Assembly: GCA_021463485.1 (NCBI GenBank)
Contig: JAJTYJ010000003.1
Coordinates: 88,380 to 152,379 of the forward strand
Direction: 5' to 3'
Source: a bacterium
Lineage (GTDB): Bacteria; Patescibacteriota; UBA1384; 2-12-FULL-50-11
DNA: 64,000 nucleotides
Of the stretch, positions 61,807 to 64,000 are shown in pieces. The notes under the pieces were generated by a model, which was not told where the DNA came from, made no database searches, and saw only the letters and a list, made by a program, of their open reading frames with translations. A program made the translations under genes and the position numbers. The stretch's first letter is position 1. Each line of letters begins with the position of its first letter.

Positions 61807-63384
61807 TTACGGATTCACCGCTGCGGCCGGCTGTTGGACTGGAACAAGCAAAGTTTTTCCTGTCATCTCCGGCGATGGCGGTAACCCAAGAATATTTAGA
61901 ATAGTCGGCGCAACATCAGCCAAAGTACCGCCGTCACGTACTTGCAGACCAAGCGCCGCCTGACCGGTAATAAGAAACGGGACGGGGTTACTGGAATGCT
62001 CGGTGTCTGGTTCACCAGTTTTGGGATTAACCATCTGTTCGGCGTTGCCGTGATCGGCCGTAACGATAAGTAGGCCGTTAGTTTTTCTAATTTCCTCGTA
62101 AATTCTGGTAAGTCCGGCATCAACTGCTTCGCATGCTTTTATCGCTGCACGTAAATTGCCGGTGTGGCCAACCATATCTGGGCAGGCGTAATTAAGAATA
62201 ATAAAGTCGTAGTTATTGAGATTTTGCAGTACTGTGTCTGTAACCTCGACGCTTGCCATCTGCGGAATTTGGTCATAACTGGGTACTTTCGGCGACGGAA
62301 CAACGATCCGATCCTCGTTTTTATACGCTTCTTCGTGCCCGCCGTTAAAGAAGTAGGTAACGTGGGCGTATTTTTCCGACTCGGCGACGTGAAGCTGCTT
62401 TAAATTCGCAGTTGAGAGGATGTGTGAAAGCGGCTGGCTGACGTTTCGCGGTTTAAACGCGACTTCCATCGGTAGTCCTTCTTGATAATACGTAAAACCA
62501 ACGAAATAGAGGTTCTTACGCACAACTTTGCGGTTAAAGCCATCGAAATCTGGCTTAACAAATGTTTGGGTCAGCTCACGTGCTCGGTCGCCGCGGAAAT
62601 TAAAGAAGATAATTGAATCGCCATCTTGTATCGGCCGATAGCTGTTATTTGCGCCCTGGACAACCGTTGGCGGGATAAACTCGTCCGAATAACCGTCGCG
62701 ATAAGCAGCAGCCACCGCCGCTTCGGCCGTTGGCGCAACCGGACCAACACCTTCTGTCATAGCTCGGTAGGTTTTCTCGATGCGCTCCCAACGGTGATCG
62801 CGATCCATGGCATAGTACCGCCCAGAGACCGTGCAGATAGCCCCGAATCCAAGTTTAGATAAATACTCGTTAACTCTCGATAAATGACTCTCTGCGTCAA
62901 AGGGAGGGGTATCACGACCGTCGGTAATCGCGTGGATACAGACGTTTGGCATCTCCAACGTCTTTGCCATATTTAATAGGGCGTAGAGATGGTCGACGTG
63001 GCTATGAATACCGCCATCGCTCACTAAACCAACTATATGAACGTTTTTACCGTTCTTTTTTGCTTGGTTGAAAGCTGTAACAAGCGGCTCGCTTTTCAGA
63101 AACGAGCCGTCTTTAATTGCCGCCGTAATAACTGGTAGCGATTCTAAAACAATCTGTCCTGAACCTATATTCAAATGCCCAACCTCGGAGTTACCGCGCT
63201 CATTAACTGGTAGGCCTACCGCTTCACCAGAAGCCTGTAAGATTGTGTGAGGGTAAGATTTGGTTGCCATATTGAAAAACGGCGTCTTCGCTAACGAAAC
63301 CGCGTTGCCGCCCCAATTTGGAGCAACGCCCCATCCGTCGATCACGGCTAGTACGACTGGTTTCGGCCTACTGCTTTGCGGCAT
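61807..63384 (-). CDS. gpmI: 2,3-bisphosphoglycerate-independent phosphoglycerate mutase
   Basis: PVVLAVIDGWG…NAVSLAKTP…; iPGM metalloenzyme family; 525 aa. Confidence 0.93.
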   Translation of the reverse strand: MPQSSRPKPVVLAVIDGWGVAPNWGGNAVSLAKTPFFNMATKSYPHTILQASGEAVGLPVNERGNSEVGHLNIGSGQIVLESLPVITAAIKDGSFLKSEPLVTAFNQAKKNGKNVHIVGLVSDGGIHSHVDHLYALLNMAKTLEMPNVCIHAITDGRDTPPFDAESHLSRVNEYLSKLGFGAICTVSGRYYAMDRDHRWERIEKTYRAMTEGVGPVAPTAEAAVAAAYRDGYSDEFIPPTVVQGANNSYRPIQDGDSIIFFNFRGDRARELTQTFVKPDFDGFNRKVVRKNLYFVGFTYYQEGLPMEVAFKPRNVSQPLSHILSTANLKQLHVAESEKYAHVTYFFNGGHEEAYKNEDRIVVPSPKVPSYDQIPQMASVEVTDTVLQNLNNYDFIILNYACPDMVGHTGNLRAAIKACEAVDAGLTRIYEEIRKTNGLLIVTADHGNAEQMVNPKTGEPDTEHSSNPVPFLITGQAALGLQVRDGGTLADVAPTILNILGLPPSPEMTGKTLLVPVQQPAAAVNP

Positions 63385-64000
63385 TGCCAGACAATTCTCG
63401 TTCTATCACTAATAACCTGCGATATTTACTCATTCGTTCCGGGTGAGAATCGTTCGGCGCCCCTGTTTTTATAAATTGAGCCCCAACTCCAACGGCAAAA
63501 TCTGCAATAAAATCATCGAGCGTCTCGCCGGAGCGGTGAGAGATAATATTGATGTAGCCGGCTTGGCGGGCGATATCAACAACTTCCATCGTCTCGGTGA
63601 CACTACCAATTTGATTAAGCTTAACTAATATAGCGTTAGCTGCGTTGGACTCGATACCTTTTTTGAGTCGATCCGGATTGGTAGCAAATACGTCGTCGCC
63701 AACAAGCATTAGTTTTTTCGTGCTCGGGTTTGATTGCTCCATCTCTTTATAAAACTCAGCCCACGAAGCCCAGTCGTCCTCCGGAAACGGATCTTCGATC
63801 GATAGAACTGGAAAATCTCTCAAAATGCCCAAGTACCGTTTTGGAGAAATCTCAAAAGTTGGCGGCAAACTCGAAGCAGCTACATCAAGCGCTAGCGATA
63901 CCTCATCCCAAGGCTTATACCCAGATTCTTTAATGGCTTTAACTAAGTAATCAAATGCCATCTCGTTTGTGTCTAAATTCGGTGCGTAACCGCCTTCGTC
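63368..64000 (-). CDS. eno: Enolase, C-terminal part (gene start beyond window end)
   Basis: SHRSGETLDDFIADFAVGVGAQFIKTGAP…; overlaps the gpmI start by 17 nt. Confidence 0.92.
   Translation of the reverse strand, partial: DEGGYAPNLDTNEMAFDYLVKAIKESGYKPWDEVSLALDVAASSLPPTFEISPKRYLGILRDFPVLSIEDPFPEDDWASWAEFYKEMEQSNPSTKKLMLVGDDVFATNPDRLKKGIESNAANAILVKLNQIGSVTETMEVVDIARQAGYINIISHRSGETLDDFIADFAVGVGAQFIKTGAPNDSHPERMSKYRRLLVIERELSGNAAKQ

Noticed and set aside
61639-61963. Two plus-strand ORFs (61639-61884, 61706-61963) from the track
   Set aside because: They run through the tRNA-Ala gene and antisense to gpmI, so they are spurious.

Overview
This 64-kb window is a dense, mostly co-directional block of core information-processing genes from a small-genome bacterium. 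On the plus strand it runs uvrB (minus strand, partial), a glycosyl-transferase pair, gyrB-gyrA-infB, a YbbR-domain operon, obg, rpoB-rpoC, rpsL-rpsG-fusA-tuf-rpsJ, the S10/spc/alpha ribosomal-protein superoperon through secY-adk-map-infA-rpmJ-rpsM-rpsK-rpsD-rpoA-rplQ-rplM-rpsI, then rbfA, pheS, pheT, aspS and a DD-carboxypeptidase. On the minus strand follow rnc-nusB-rpmF-leuS, a small-membrane-protein plus NOX-like ferric-reductase pair, a tRNA-Ala-associated islet, and gpmI-eno (eno partial). Several traits suggest a Candidate Phyla Radiation / Patescibacteria-like organism, though this is inference: a short IF-2, no rpmD (L30) between rpsE and rplO, a minimal PheS/PheT, a GAD-less AspRS, an RpoA without the alpha-CTD, a short Obg, and many small membrane ORFs. 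The most unusual elements are (i) a ~5-kb accessory island inserted between rpsJ and rplC, insulated by its own terminators and by near- or perfect-consensus sigma70-like promoters, and carrying a GC-rich small-ORF unit, membrane proteins, a cupin and a FabH-like ketosynthase; (ii) a LeuRS with a complete Nudix hydrolase domain embedded after the editing domain; (iii) a CdaA-like 3-TM N-terminus fused directly to YbbR (CdaR) repeats with no diadenylate-cyclase domain; (iv) an RpoA without the alpha-CTD; and (v) a small decayed islet with a hypothetical gene next to tRNA-Ala(GGC). Two ribosomal genes missed by the ORF track were recovered by hand: rpsN type Z and rpmJ. No CRISPR array, integrase or transposase was seen.
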